Assembly (NCBI GenBank): GCA_021828105.1
Contig: JAKATG010000028.1
Location: 6,335 to 70,334 of the forward strand
Direction of reading: 5' to 3'
Source: Pseudomonadota bacterium
GTDB lineage: Bacteria > Pseudomonadota > Alphaproteobacteria > Rhizobiales > Aestuariivirgaceae
Length of the DNA stretch: 64,000 nt
In this document: one piece after another, positions 30,926 to 42,020 of the stretch
Layout: every line of letters begins with the position of its first letter
How positions within the stretch are numbered: position 1 is the first letter of the stretch
Position numbers and translations under genes: made by a program
The notes under the pieces: generated by a model
What the model was told of the DNA's origin: nothing
Databases searched by the model: none
What the model saw: the letters and a program-made list of their open reading frames with translations, nothing else

Positions 30926-31786
30926 ATGGTCGGCATCATCATCGTGCTTTACCAAATCCTCTTTGCGGTCAGCTTGTTCATCCTGATCAGCCTCGGGCTG
31001 GCGATCATCTTCGGCATGATGCGGGTGATCAATCTGGCTCAGGGCGAGTTCATCATGCTGGGCGCCTATGCCTGCCTGATCTTCACCCGGCTCGAGATCA
31101 ATTTCTGGCTCGCGGCATTGCTGTCCGGCCTGGTGGTCGGGCTCTTCGGCATCATCGTCGAGCGCTGCCTCATCCGTTTTCTCTATGGCCGCATCATGGA
31201 CACGCTGCTTGCGACATGGGGCTTGAGCCTGTTGATGATCGGTCTCGTCACAACGATTTTCGGACCGCAGGAAGCGGGTGTCGAAGTGAGCCTTGGCAAG
31301 CTCGACGTGGGCGAATTCTCGGTCTCGGTCTACAATCTCGTCCTGATCGCCGCGGCCATGGGCCTCCTGGCGCTCACTTACGCGCTCTGGCGCTACACGA
31401 AAATCGGACTCGTCGTGCGCGGCACGATGCAGAATCCGGACATGGCCGCGGCCCTCGGCGTCAACACGGATCGATGCTACATGCTGACCTTCGGCTTCGG
31501 CTCGGCGATCACCGGCCTTGCCGGTGCGCTCATCGCGCCGCTCGTCGGCAACCAGCCGACAATGGGCGCATTCTATGTGGCCAAGGCCTTCATCACTGTG
31601 ATCAGCGGCGGTGCGGCGCCTCTTACCGGAACGCTCTTCGCATCCGGCGTCTTCGGCACCGTCGATGGGGTCATTTCCTATGCGAGCACGCAGGTCGTGG
31701 GCGAGATCAGCGTCCTTCTGGTGGCCATTGTCCTCTTGCGGCTCTTGCCCACCGGCATCACTGGCCGATTAGGCGGAGGAGTGTGA
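30926..31786 (+). CDS. Urea/amide ABC permease (UrtB-like)
   Basis: GLAIIFGMMRVINLAQGEF, DTLLATWGLSL. Confidence 0.87.
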   Translation: MVGIIIVLYQILFAVSLFILISLGLAIIFGMMRVINLAQGEFIMLGAYACLIFTRLEINFWLAALLSGLVVGLFGIIVERCLIRFLYGRIMDTLLATWGLSLLMIGLVTTIFGPQEAGVEVSLGKLDVGEFSVSVYNLVLIAAAMGLLALTYALWRYTKIGLVVRGTMQNPDMAAALGVNTDRCYMLTFGFGSAITGLAGALIAPLVGNQPTMGAFYVAKAFITVISGGAAPLTGTLFASGVFGTVDGVISYASTQVVGEISVLLVAIVLLRLLPTGITGRLGGGV

Positions 31787-31788
31787 CG

Positions 31789-32865
31789 ATGCGGCTGATT
31801 TCGGCTGAAGATTGCGAGGCGCCGGTACCGCTCTGGTGGGCGTTGGTCGCGGCGGCGGCGGTGATCGGTTTCGCCCTTCCTTCGTTCGTCGGCCTCGATG
31901 TCGTGATGAGCACCTCGATCATCTTCGTCTATGCGATCCTGACGCTGAGCATGAGCTATCTCTGGGGCTATTGCGGGATGCTGAGCTTCGGGCAGACCGC
32001 GATGTATGGCGTCGGTGGCTATGCCTATGCCGTCATCGCCTTGAATTCGGGCAACACGACCATAGCGGTCTTTGCGGCCGTCTTCCTCGGCTGTCTTTTC
32101 GCGCTCGTCATCGGCTATTTCATGATCTATGGGCGGATCAGCAAGATCTATTTCACCGTCATAACGCTCGTGATCACTGTCGTCCTGGAAAAGGCGATCC
32201 GCGCCACGTCGGATGAGCGTTTTACGATCGGTTCCGTTCCCTTGCGCGGTCAGAATGGAATATCCAATGTGCCCGACCTGCAATTTCCATGGGACCCGTC
32301 GCAGACGCTGTTTCTGGACGGTGTCTATTACGTGGCTTTGGCGGCACTGCTTGCCGTTTTCATCGGGCTTCGGCTGCTGCTGACGACGCATTTCGGCCGC
32401 GTGCTCATGGGAATCCGCGATAATGAGCGTCGCTCCGAGCTTCTGGGCTACGACACGCGCAAATATCAGCTGGGCGCCTTTGTGTTGTGCGGCGGCATCG
32501 CGGCATTGGCCGGGGTGCTCTATGGCGTCTGGGGAAATTTCGTGGCGCCCGAGATGATGAATCTCAACTCCGCTGCGAATATCGTCATCTACGCGATCGT
32601 CGGCGGACGCTCGACGCTCGTCGGGCCGATCGCCGGCACGGCGATCATCCAGTATCTGACGAGCTGGCTCGGAACCGCCGGGGTGGGGCAGGTGACCGTG
32701 ATCCTCGGCACCGTGCTCATCGTCTTCGTGATGCTGTTCCCGCGCGGTATATTGCCGACACTCGGCGACCTCATCGCGCAAGTATGGCGGTTTGCGCTCA
32801 CTGGCCGTGATCGCGCCAAGCTTCCCGGCGCGCGCAAGACATCTGACAGGTGGCGCAATGCCTGA
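31789..32865 (+). CDS. Urea/amide ABC permease (UrtC-like)
   Basis: LWGYCGMLSFGQ, IRDNERRSELLGY. Confidence 0.87.
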   Translation: MRLISAEDCEAPVPLWWALVAAAAVIGFALPSFVGLDVVMSTSIIFVYAILTLSMSYLWGYCGMLSFGQTAMYGVGGYAYAVIALNSGNTTIAVFAAVFLGCLFALVIGYFMIYGRISKIYFTVITLVITVVLEKAIRATSDERFTIGSVPLRGQNGISNVPDLQFPWDPSQTLFLDGVYYVALAALLAVFIGLRLLLTTHFGRVLMGIRDNERRSELLGYDTRKYQLGAFVLCGGIAALAGVLYGVWGNFVAPEMMNLNSAANIVIYAIVGGRSTLVGPIAGTAIIQYLTSWLGTAGVGQVTVILGTVLIVFVMLFPRGILPTLGDLIAQVWRFALTGRDRAKLPGARKTSDRWRNA

Positions 32866-33586
32866 GTCCGAAATCCTGATCGAGACCATCGATCTCTCCA
32901 AGCGCTTTGGCGGCGTCACCGCCATCGACGGCGTATCCTTGCAGATCAGGCGCGGCGAATTGCGCTGCCTCATCGGACCGAATGGCGCCGGCAAGAGCAC
33001 GTTCTTCAAGATGCTGACGGCGCAGCAGAAGCCGTCATCGGGTCGCATCCTGCTCGCCGGCACGGATATCACCGACTGGCAGGCGCATCGCGTGAGCGGG
33101 GCCGGCGTCGGGATCAAGAATCAGGTGCCGGACGTCTTCGACAATCTGACGGCGCGGGAGAATGTCTGGCTGGCGGCGAGCTACTTCAGGAAGACGGCCC
33201 GACCGAAGGTGCTGGTCGACGACGCACTGGGCAGCCTCGGCATAACCGCGCTGGCCGGCCGGCGCGTCGGCGAGCTTGCGCACGGCCAGAGACAGTGGGT
33301 CGAGCTGGCGATGGTGCTGGCGCGCGATCCTTCGGTGGTGCTGCTCGACGAGCCGACCGCCGGGATGAGCGACGAAGAGACCGCCAAGACCGCCGAGCTC
33401 ATACTCGAGCTCAACAAGTCGCGGACGATCGTCGTCGTCGAGCACGATATGCAGTTCATCCGCAAGATCGCCAAGATGGTGACCGTCTTCCATCAGGGCA
33501 AGATCCTCGCGGAAGACACGATGGCCAATATTCAGAAGAACAGGATGGTACGCGATGTCTATCTCGGCAGATCGGCCGCTGCTTGA
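32858..33586 (+). CDS. ABC ATP-binding protein (UrtD-like)
   Basis: GPNGAGKST, LAHGQRQWVE, LDEPTAGM. Confidence 0.88.
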   Translation: MPESEILIETIDLSKRFGGVTAIDGVSLQIRRGELRCLIGPNGAGKSTFFKMLTAQQKPSSGRILLAGTDITDWQAHRVSGAGVGIKNQVPDVFDNLTARENVWLAASYFRKTARPKVLVDDALGSLGITALAGRRVGELAHGQRQWVELAMVLARDPSVVLLDEPTAGMSDEETAKTAELILELNKSRTIVVVEHDMQFIRKIAKMVTVFHQGKILAEDTMANIQKNRMVRDVYLGRSAAA

Positions 33587-34271
33587 GATCCATGGGCTGA
33601 GATCGGGCTATGGCCGGATCCGGATTCTCGACGGGCTCGAGCTTTCGCTCGGCGAGGGCTGCATTCTCGGCATCCTGGGCCACAATGGCATGGGCAAGAC
33701 GACGCTTCTGCGGACGCTGATCGGGCAGGTGAAAGCGAGCGAGGGCAGCATCCTTTTGGCCGGCAACGACCTCATGAAGCGCAAGCCCTATGAGCGGGCG
33801 CGCCTGGGATTGGGCTATGTGCCGCAGCGCCGTGAGATCTTTCCCGACTTGTCGGCGCTGGAAAACCTCAGGATGGGAATGACCCGGCATGAGGATGATC
33901 GGGTTCTTGACGAGGTGCTGGGCTATTTCCCCACCCTGGGTTCGCTGCTCGATCGCCCCGGAAAAGGATTGTCCGGCGGCCAGCAGCAGCTGCTCGCCCT
34001 GGCGCGCTGTTTGGTCGGAAGGCCAAGGCTTCTGATGCTCGATGAGCCCACGGAAGGCATACAGCCTTCGATCATCGAGGAGATCGCAAGCCTCCTGCCT
34101 GTCTTGCGGGACAAGTTCCGGCTCACGATACTTCTGGTGGAACAGGACCTGCAGTTCATTACGTCCGTCGCGAGCGAGGTCGCGATCATCCAAAAAGGCC
34201 GGATCGTGAGGCATCTCGATCCGCAGGAGCTTTCCAATCACGATGTCATAAACGCGTATCTGGGCGTCTGA
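33555..34271 (+). CDS. ABC ATP-binding protein (UrtE-like)
   Basis: GHNGMGKTT, LSGGQQQ, LDEPTEGIQPSII. Confidence 0.88.
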   Translation: MSISADRPLLEIHGLRSGYGRIRILDGLELSLGEGCILGILGHNGMGKTTLLRTLIGQVKASEGSILLAGNDLMKRKPYERARLGLGYVPQRREIFPDLSALENLRMGMTRHEDDRVLDEVLGYFPTLGSLLDRPGKGLSGGQQQLLALARCLVGRPRLLMLDEPTEGIQPSIIEEIASLLPVLRDKFRLTILLVEQDLQFITSVASEVAIIQKGRIVRHLDPQELSNHDVINAYLGV

Positions 34272-34286
34272 ACCGGATCTCTGCTC

Positions 34287-35174
34287 ATGTTCATCAGAAC
34301 GTCCGACGGATTGGATCTGCAGTTCAGGGAGGTTGGCCGGGGACCGACCATCGTCTTTTCCCATGAGTTTGGCGGAAACCATGCATCATGGGAAAAGCAG
34401 ATCGAACGCCTGGCGACGACGCATCGGTGCATCGCCTACACGGCGCGCGGATTCTCGCCATCGACGACATCCGGCCAGGAGACGTATTACGGGCGCCACA
34501 TGCTCGTGCGGGATCTCGTCGAGCTTGTGGAGAATCTGAAGCTGGAGCGCTTCCATCTCGTTGGCGCCGGAATGGGCGCGGCCACAAGCCTGCTCGCGGC
34601 GGAGCTCTTGGGCGACAAGGTAAAGACGATCACGCTTGCCGGTTGCCCGGCGGGTCCGCTTTCCCAATTGGAGCTGTTCGAACATAGGAGCAGGATCCGG
34701 CAAGTGCTGCTGGCGATGGAACAGAAAGACCCGGCCTTGGCGAGCTGGACATTGTGGAATGATCGGCCCGATGAGCGCTTGATCGGGGAGAAGGCAGCCT
34801 GGTGGCGAAAGTATCGCGGCATATTCGAGCAACACGACACTGCGGGCCTGGCCTTGACCCTCAAACGGGTTGAATGGGATGTTCCGGACTTCAAGCATCT
34901 GGAGCGGCGCCTGAGGCACATAGAGGCGCCGACCTTATTGGTTTCGGGAGACGATGACCGCCATGCTGCGCATATGACGGCTGCGCATCTGGCCAGGGTC
35001 TTGCCCTTTGCCAAGCTCGTGAAGCTGTCCCGTTGCGGCCGGCTGGTCCATTTTGAGCAGCCGGCGGTCTTCAACAAGCTATTGTGGCAGCATGTCAGGA
35101 CTCTCGAACTGAGGGAGAATGGGCAAAGGCACTATTCGAAGCTGGAGCTGAGCCTGAATTTGGAGAGTTCCTGA
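34287..35174 (+). CDS. Alpha/beta-hydrolase fold protein with degenerate catalytic motifs
   Basis: FSHEFGG, HLVGAGMG, PTLLVSGDDD, CGRLVHFEQP. Confidence 0.82.
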   Translation: MFIRTSDGLDLQFREVGRGPTIVFSHEFGGNHASWEKQIERLATTHRCIAYTARGFSPSTTSGQETYYGRHMLVRDLVELVENLKLERFHLVGAGMGAATSLLAAELLGDKVKTITLAGCPAGPLSQLELFEHRSRIRQVLLAMEQKDPALASWTLWNDRPDERLIGEKAAWWRKYRGIFEQHDTAGLALTLKRVEWDVPDFKHLERRLRHIEAPTLLVSGDDDRHAAHMTAAHLARVLPFAKLVKLSRCGRLVHFEQPAVFNKLLWQHVRTLELRENGQRHYSKLELSLNLESS

Positions 35175-35287
35175 CCCGGTCGCGCGAGGTCACGGAAGGG
35201 CGCCGGCCGGGCCCCCGGATGCTCTACTTTCGAAGCGTATGAAAGCCGTCACGGGTATGATAGAGGGCGAAGAGCCTTGGGCATCAC

Positions 35288-36124
35288 GTGACCGGCATGA
35301 ATAAGGCAGCGGCCGCTGAGACAGATCCCATCCTTGTCGTGAACAATATCGAGGTGATCTATGATCACGTGATATTGGTCCTGAAGGGCGTGTCGCTGAG
35401 CGTGCCCAAGCATGGCATCGTGGCGCTGCTCGGCGCCAATGGCGCCGGCAAGACCACGACGCTGAAGGCGATCTCCAATCTTTTGAGAGCCGAGCGCGGC
35501 GAAGTCACCAAGGGCGCGATCCTGTTCAAGGGCGAAGAGGTGCATGATCTTTCGCCCAACGAGCTGGTGCGGCGCGGCTGCATCCAGGTGATGGAAGGAC
35601 GCCATTGCTTTGCTCACCTCTCGGTCGAGGAAAATCTCCTGACCGGCGCCTTCACCCGCAAGGACGGCACGGCCGCGATCAGGCGCGATCTCGATCTCGT
35701 CTATTCCTATTTCCCGCGCCTCAAGGAGAGACGCGGCTCGCAAGCGGGCTACATATCGGGCGGCGAGCAGCAGATGACCGCGATCGGGCGCGCCTTGATG
35801 TCGAGGCCCGACATGATCCTCCTGGACGAGCCCTCGATGGGTCTTGCCCCGCAATTGGTGGAAGAGATCTTCGTCATCTTGCGCGAGCTCAACAAGGCGG
35901 AAGGCGTCTCCTTCCTGCTCGCCGAGCAGAACACCCATATCGCTCTCAATTATGCGACCCATGGCTACATCCTCGAATCCGGGCGCATCGTGCTCGACGG
36001 CAAGGCGGGCGAGCTCAAGGAGAACGAGGATGTGAAGGAGTTCTATCTGGGTGTGGGCGGGGAAGGGCGGCGCTCCTTCCGGACGGTCAAGAGCTACAAG
36101 CGACGCAAAAGGTGGCTCGCGTGA
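35288..36124 (+). CDS. ABC ATP-binding protein (LivF-like) of the 16.6-22.8 kb operon
   Basis: GANGAGKTT, ISGGEQQM, LDEPSMGLAP, C-terminal KSYKRRKRWLA. Confidence 0.92.
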   Translation: MTGMNKAAAAETDPILVVNNIEVIYDHVILVLKGVSLSVPKHGIVALLGANGAGKTTTLKAISNLLRAERGEVTKGAILFKGEEVHDLSPNELVRRGCIQVMEGRHCFAHLSVEENLLTGAFTRKDGTAAIRRDLDLVYSYFPRLKERRGSQAGYISGGEQQMTAIGRALMSRPDMILLDEPSMGLAPQLVEEIFVILRELNKAEGVSFLLAEQNTHIALNYATHGYILESGRIVLDGKAGELKENEDVKEFYLGVGGEGRRSFRTVKSYKRRKRWLA

Positions 36125-37353
36125 ATGATCATTATGACAGCCGCGAAACGCAAGGCCGAGAGGAGCGTGAGCGCGCTCTGTTCGAGCAATTGCCGGAGGT
36201 CATCGCGGTGGCGCTCGCGAGCCCGGGCTGGCGCCAGCATCTGGGCAAGATCGATGCCAAGGAAATCACCTCACGCGCGGCGCTGGCGGATCTGCCGGTC
36301 CTGCGCAAGTCGGCGCTTCCCGCACTTCAGAAAGCGGCACCGCCCTTTGGCGGCTTCTCGGTTGTCCCGGTGCCGCAACTCGGCCGCCTCTTCACCTCGC
36401 CTGGTCCCATTTATGAGGGCGAGATGGCGTCGGGCGATGAGTGGCGCTATGCCCGCGTCCTCTTCGCTGCAGGGTTCCGGCCGGGCGACATCGTCCTCAA
36501 TTGCTTCAGCTACCATATGACACCGGGTGGCTTCATCCTCGATTCGGGCGCCCGGGCCCTGGGCTGTCCCGTCATCCCGGCGGGGCCTGGCCATAGCGAG
36601 CAGGTCGTCGAGGTCATCGCGCATCTGAGGCCCGTCGCTTATTGCGGCACGCCGGATTTCCTCAAGATCCTCCTCGACAAGGCCGAGGAGCTTGGCCGCG
36701 ACGTTTCCTCATTGCGCAAGGCTTCCGTCTCGGGCGCGGCCTTCCCGCCGAGCCTCCAGGCCGAGGTCAAGGCGCGTGGAATTGACGCGTATCAAGCCTA
36801 TGCGACGGCCGATCTCGGCGGCATCGCTTATGAGACGGAGGCGCACGAAGGCCTCGTCCTGAACGAAGACATCATCCTCGAGATCCTGCGTCCGGGCACG
36901 GGCGATCCTGTGGCCGAGGGCGAGGTCGGCGAGATCGCGGTGACGCTGATCGACCGTCATCGCCCGCTCATCCGCTTCGCCCTCGGCGACATGACGGCGC
37001 TGCTGCCCGGTGTCAGCGCCTGCGGACGCAGCAATCAGCGCATCAAGGGCTGGATGGGCCGCGCCGACCAGACTGCCAAAGTGCGCGGCATGTTCGTGCG
37101 GCCCGAGCAGATCGCCGAGATCGCCAAGCGGCATCCGGAGGTGAAGCGCCTGCGCCTGGTGATCGGGCGCGCGCAGGAGCAGGACACGGTCGTTCTCAAG
37201 GCCGAAACCGCATCGGCCTCGGCGGCTTTGCAAAAGGCGCTGGCGGAGACCGCGGCGGGCATCACCAATCTCAGATGCGATGTTGCGCTCTGCGCAACGG
37301 GCGGCTTGCCCAATGACGGCAAGGTGATAGCTGATGAGCGGCCTCTATCCTGA
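36121..37353 (+). CDS. Phenylacetate-CoA ligase-like protein
   Basis: SPGPIYE, NCFSYHMTPGG, YATADLG, GRADQTAKVRGMFV; GTG start overlaps upstream TGA. Confidence 0.87.
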   Translation: MNDHYDSRETQGREERERALFEQLPEVIAVALASPGWRQHLGKIDAKEITSRAALADLPVLRKSALPALQKAAPPFGGFSVVPVPQLGRLFTSPGPIYEGEMASGDEWRYARVLFAAGFRPGDIVLNCFSYHMTPGGFILDSGARALGCPVIPAGPGHSEQVVEVIAHLRPVAYCGTPDFLKILLDKAEELGRDVSSLRKASVSGAAFPPSLQAEVKARGIDAYQAYATADLGGIAYETEAHEGLVLNEDIILEILRPGTGDPVAEGEVGEIAVTLIDRHRPLIRFALGDMTALLPGVSACGRSNQRIKGWMGRADQTAKVRGMFVRPEQIAEIAKRHPEVKRLRLVIGRAQEQDTVVLKAETASASAALQKALAETAAGITNLRCDVALCATGGLPNDGKVIADERPLS

Positions 37354-37423
37354 CGGTTGCGGGAGGCCGCGGTTCAGTTAAAGATGGCGGGAAACCGAAG
37401 ACCATCCAAAGGGAGCGAGACAC

Positions 37424-38563
37424 ATGAAGAAACTTCTATTCGCCGCCATGATGGGGGCGGCATTGCTGACGGCGGGCGCCGCTTCGGCGGAGCCCGTGAA
37501 GATCGGCATGATCACGACCTTGTCGGGTGGCGGCGCCGGTCTCGGCGTCGATGTGCGCGACGGCTTCATGCTGGCGCTGAAACAGTCCGGCAACAAGGAT
37601 GTCGAGGTCGTCATCGAGGACGATGCGCAGAAGCCCGAGCTTGCGGTGCAGATCGCCGAGAAGATGATCCAGAGCGACAAGGTGCAGATCCTCACCGGGA
37701 TCATCTGGTCGAACCTTGCGATGGCGGTGGTGCCCAATGCGGTGGCCCAGGACATCTTCTATCTCTCGCCCAATGCCGGGCCCTCGGCCTTGGCCGGCGC
37801 CAAGTGCAACAAGAATTATTTCAACGTCGCCTGGCAGAACGACAATCTGCATGAGGCGATGGGCAACTACGCCAATACGGCCGGCTACAAGAAAACCTTC
37901 ATCCTGGCCCCGAACTATCCCGCCGGCACCGACGCGCTGACCGGCTTCAAGCGCTTCTACAAGGGTGAGCTTGCGGGCGAGCTCTTCACCAAGATCGGCC
38001 AGACCGATTATGCGGCCGAGATCGCCCAGATCAGGGCATCGGGGGCGGATTCGGTCTTCTTCTTCCTGCCCGGCGGCATGGGCATTGCCTTCATGAAGCA
38101 GTATGCGCAGTCGGGCGTCGCCATCCCGGTGATGGGCCCGGGCTTCTCCTTCGACCAGGATGTGCTGGGCGCCATTGGCGATGCGGCGGTGGGTGTCAAG
38201 AATTCCTCGCAATGGTCGAAGGATCTCGACAACAAGGCCAACAAGAAATTCGTCGAGAGCTTCAAGGCGGAATATAACCGCTTGCCGTCGCTCTATGCGA
38301 GCCAGGGCTATGACACGGCTAATCTGATCATTGCGGCCCTGGCCAAGGCGAAAGTGACCGATGCCGACGGCTTCCGCGCGGCGCTCAAGGCGGCGGATTT
38401 CCCGTCGGTGCGCGGCAAGTTCAAGTTCGGGCCCAACAACCATCCGATCCAGGACATCTATGTCCGCGAGGTGGTGAAGGAAGACGGGGTCATCACCAAC
38501 AAGATCATCGGCACTGCCTTCACCGACCACCAGGATGCCTATGCGGCGCAATGCAAGATGTAG
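37424..38563 (+). CDS. Branched-chain/aromatic acid ABC substrate-binding protein
   Basis: Signal peptide; GIIWSN, SPNAGPS, FPSVRGKFKFG. Confidence 0.9.
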   Translation: MKKLLFAAMMGAALLTAGAASAEPVKIGMITTLSGGGAGLGVDVRDGFMLALKQSGNKDVEVVIEDDAQKPELAVQIAEKMIQSDKVQILTGIIWSNLAMAVVPNAVAQDIFYLSPNAGPSALAGAKCNKNYFNVAWQNDNLHEAMGNYANTAGYKKTFILAPNYPAGTDALTGFKRFYKGELAGELFTKIGQTDYAAEIAQIRASGADSVFFFLPGGMGIAFMKQYAQSGVAIPVMGPGFSFDQDVLGAIGDAAVGVKNSSQWSKDLDNKANKKFVESFKAEYNRLPSLYASQGYDTANLIIAALAKAKVTDADGFRAALKAADFPSVRGKFKFGPNNHPIQDIYVREVVKEDGVITNKIIGTAFTDHQDAYAAQCKM

Positions 38564-38576
38564 GGCGATGCTCTAG

Positions 38577-39494
38577 GTGTCGCCGGCCCTCTTCGTCGAG
38601 CAGCTTCTGAACGGCTTGCAATTCGGCGTCACTCTGTTCCTGATGGCCGCGGGCCTGACCCTGATCTTTGGGGTCATGGGGCTCATCAACCTGGCGCATG
38701 GCTCGCTCTATATGGTGGGCGCCTTCGCCTGCGCCGCGGCTGCGGCGGCAACCGGCTCGTTCTGGCTGGGGCTCATCGCAAGCCTCGCTGCCGCGGCGGC
38801 AGCCGGCGCGCTGGTCGAGATCATCGTCATCCGCAAGCTCTATGACCGCGATCATCTCGACCAGGTGCTGGCGACCTTCGCGCTGATCCTGATCTTCTCG
38901 GAAGCGATACGCTGGCTGTTCGGGCCGTTCCCGCTCTATCTCGACATGCCGCCGGTGCTGTCGGGCTCGGTCACCTTGCCGGGCGGCATCCAGTATCAGC
39001 TCTATCGCCTGATCATCATCGGGATCGGCATCGCGGTGGCGATCGGGCTCTACATGCTCATCACCAAGACCAGGATCGGCATGCGCATCAGGGCAGGGGC
39101 CTCCGACCGCGAGATGATGGCGGCACTCGGCGTCGATATCGGCAGGCTTTATACGATCATCTTCGCGCTGGGCGCGGCGCTCGCCGGTCTCGCCGGGGCT
39201 TTGGTCGGCGTCAATCAATCGGTCCAGGTCGGCATGGGCGAGCCGGTGCTGATCCTTGCTTTCGTCGTCATCGTGATCGGCGGCATCGGATCGCTATGGG
39301 GTGCGCTCATCGGCGCGGTGCTGGTCGGCATCACCGACACGATGGGACGCTTCCTCCTGCCGCAGATCTTCGCATTCTTCATGGAGCCGTCGCAGGCGAC
39401 GACGGTCGGCGCGGCTCTTGCCTCGATGCTGATCTATATCGTGATGGCGCTCATCCTGGCTTTCAGGCCGAAAGGCCTGTTCGCCCCGGCCTGA
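38577..39494 (+). CDS. ABC permease (LivH-like)
   Basis: GLTLIFGVMGLINLAHGS. Confidence 0.9.
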   Translation: MSPALFVEQLLNGLQFGVTLFLMAAGLTLIFGVMGLINLAHGSLYMVGAFACAAAAAATGSFWLGLIASLAAAAAAGALVEIIVIRKLYDRDHLDQVLATFALILIFSEAIRWLFGPFPLYLDMPPVLSGSVTLPGGIQYQLYRLIIIGIGIAVAIGLYMLITKTRIGMRIRAGASDREMMAALGVDIGRLYTIIFALGAALAGLAGALVGVNQSVQVGMGEPVLILAFVVIVIGGIGSLWGALIGAVLVGITDTMGRFLLPQIFAFFMEPSQATTVGAALASMLIYIVMALILAFRPKGLFAPA

Positions 39495-39497
39495 GCC

Positions 39498-40460
39498 ATG
39501 CCGATGAGCCGGGAGAATTGGGTCAATCTCGCTTTGGCGGCCTTGCTGCTCGCAAGCCCGATCATCGCCCAAGGCCTCGGCGAGAGTTTTTACGTGACGC
39601 TCGCGACCCGCATCGCGGTCCTCGCTCTGGCGGCCATCGGCCTCAATCTCGCTTTGGGACTTGGCGGCCTCGTCTCCTTCGGCCATGCGGCCTTCTTCGG
39701 CATTGGCGGCTATGTGACCGGCATCCTCAGCATCAATGCGTTGAATGGCGTCGCGCCGGGCAGCGACCAGATGCTGCTTCTGTGGATCCTGAGCGCCGTT
39801 GCCGCGGGCCTCGTGGCGCTGGTGACCGGCGCCATATCCTTGCGGACTTCCGGCGTCTATTTCATCATGATCACCTTGGCCTTCGCCCAGATGATCTATT
39901 ATTTCGTAATCTCCTGGCCGGCTTATGGCGGCGAGGACGGGCTCTCGCTCAGCCTGCGCAACCAGTTCCCGCTGCTCAACACACAAAAGCCTCTCACCTA
40001 CTTTCTCATCTGCTATGTCCTCCTGCTCTTGGCGCTCATGGTCTTCGTCCGCTTGCGCGACGGACGCTTCGGGGCCGCCTTGCAGGGGGCACGGCAGAAC
40101 GAGACGCGCCTCGCAGCGCTGGGTATCCCGCCTTTCCCGATCCGCCTCACGGCGTTCGTGATGTCAGGCATGATCACCGGCGTGGCGGGGGCGCTCTATG
40201 CCGATCTCACCCGCTTCGTCAGCCCCTCGATGCTCTCCTGGCATCTCTCGGGCGAGTTGATCGTCATCGTCATCCTGGGCGGCACCGGCCGGCTCTTCGG
40301 GCCGGTCGCCGGGGCGGCGCTCTATGTGATGCTGGAATTCCTGCTCGGCTCCTTGACCGAGCGCTGGCAGCTCTTTCTCGGGCTCGTGCTGCTCGGCACC
40401 GTTCTCTATGCGCGGGGTGGCCTCATCGGCCTCGTCGCGGGAAAGATGCGCCATGGCTGA
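39498..40460 (+). CDS. ABC permease (LivM-like)
   Basis: GLVSFGHAAFFGIGGY, YFIMITLAFAQM. Confidence 0.9.
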   Translation: MPMSRENWVNLALAALLLASPIIAQGLGESFYVTLATRIAVLALAAIGLNLALGLGGLVSFGHAAFFGIGGYVTGILSINALNGVAPGSDQMLLLWILSAVAAGLVALVTGAISLRTSGVYFIMITLAFAQMIYYFVISWPAYGGEDGLSLSLRNQFPLLNTQKPLTYFLICYVLLLLALMVFVRLRDGRFGAALQGARQNETRLAALGIPPFPIRLTAFVMSGMITGVAGALYADLTRFVSPSMLSWHLSGELIVIVILGGTGRLFGPVAGAALYVMLEFLLGSLTERWQLFLGLVLLGTVLYARGGLIGLVAGKMRHG

Positions 40461-41198
40461 GCCGGTCCTCGCCCTCGCGCATCTTTCGAAATCCTTCGGC
40501 GCCCTGAAGGTGACCGACGATGTCTCGCTCGACCTGCGTCCCGGCGAAGTCCATGCGCTGATCGGGCCGAATGGCGCCGGCAAGACCACCTTGATCCATC
40601 AGATCGCCGGCACGATCAGGCCGGATGGCGGCACGCTCCGTTTCCGCGGCCGGGACATAGGGGCCATGAGCGTGGCGGCGCGGGCGCGGCTGGGCCTCGC
40701 CCGCAGCTTCCAGGTCTCCTCGCTGGTGCTCGAATTTTCAGCCTTGCGCAATGTCATGCTGGCCGTCCAGGCCCGGCAGGGATCGAGCTTCCACTTCTTC
40801 AAGCGGGTAATGAGCGATGCCGCGCTGACCGAGCCCGCAATGGCGATGCTCGCCCGCGTCGGGCTCGAGAAACGCGCGTCAGTCGCCGCGGCCGAGCTCT
40901 CGCATGGCGAAAGGCGCAAGCTCGAGATCGCGATTGCCTTGGCATTGCGTCCCCACGCCTTCCTCCTCGATGAGCCGATGGCGGGCATGGGGCCCGAGGG
41001 CTCGAAGGAGCTGACGCGCTTTCTCGATCGTCTGCGGACCGAGGCGCCGATCCTTCTCGTCGAGCACGACATGGATGCGGTCTTCGCGCTGGCCGACCGC
41101 ATCTCGGTCCTGGTCTATGGCCGCATCATCGCCGGCGGCAAGCCCGCCGAGATCCGCAAGAGTGCGGAGGTGCGCAAGGCCTATCTGGGAGAGGCGTC

Positions 41199-41202
<4 letters not shown>
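40453..41202 (+). CDS. ABC ATP-binding protein (LivG-like)
   Basis: GPNGAGKTT, LSHGERR, LDEPMAG. Confidence 0.9.
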
Positions 41203-41885
<683 letters not shown>

Positions 41886-42020
41886 TCGGCCCCTCTTCAT
41901 AGGGTATTAACCTATTATTCGGCAGCTATTTAGGGTGCCATTTTCCCGAATCGCGCGGCGTTGTACGTTAGCCAAGCGCTTCCCTTCGGCGGCGTGGCGC
42001 GGTTTCTTGTGAGCGGTGCG

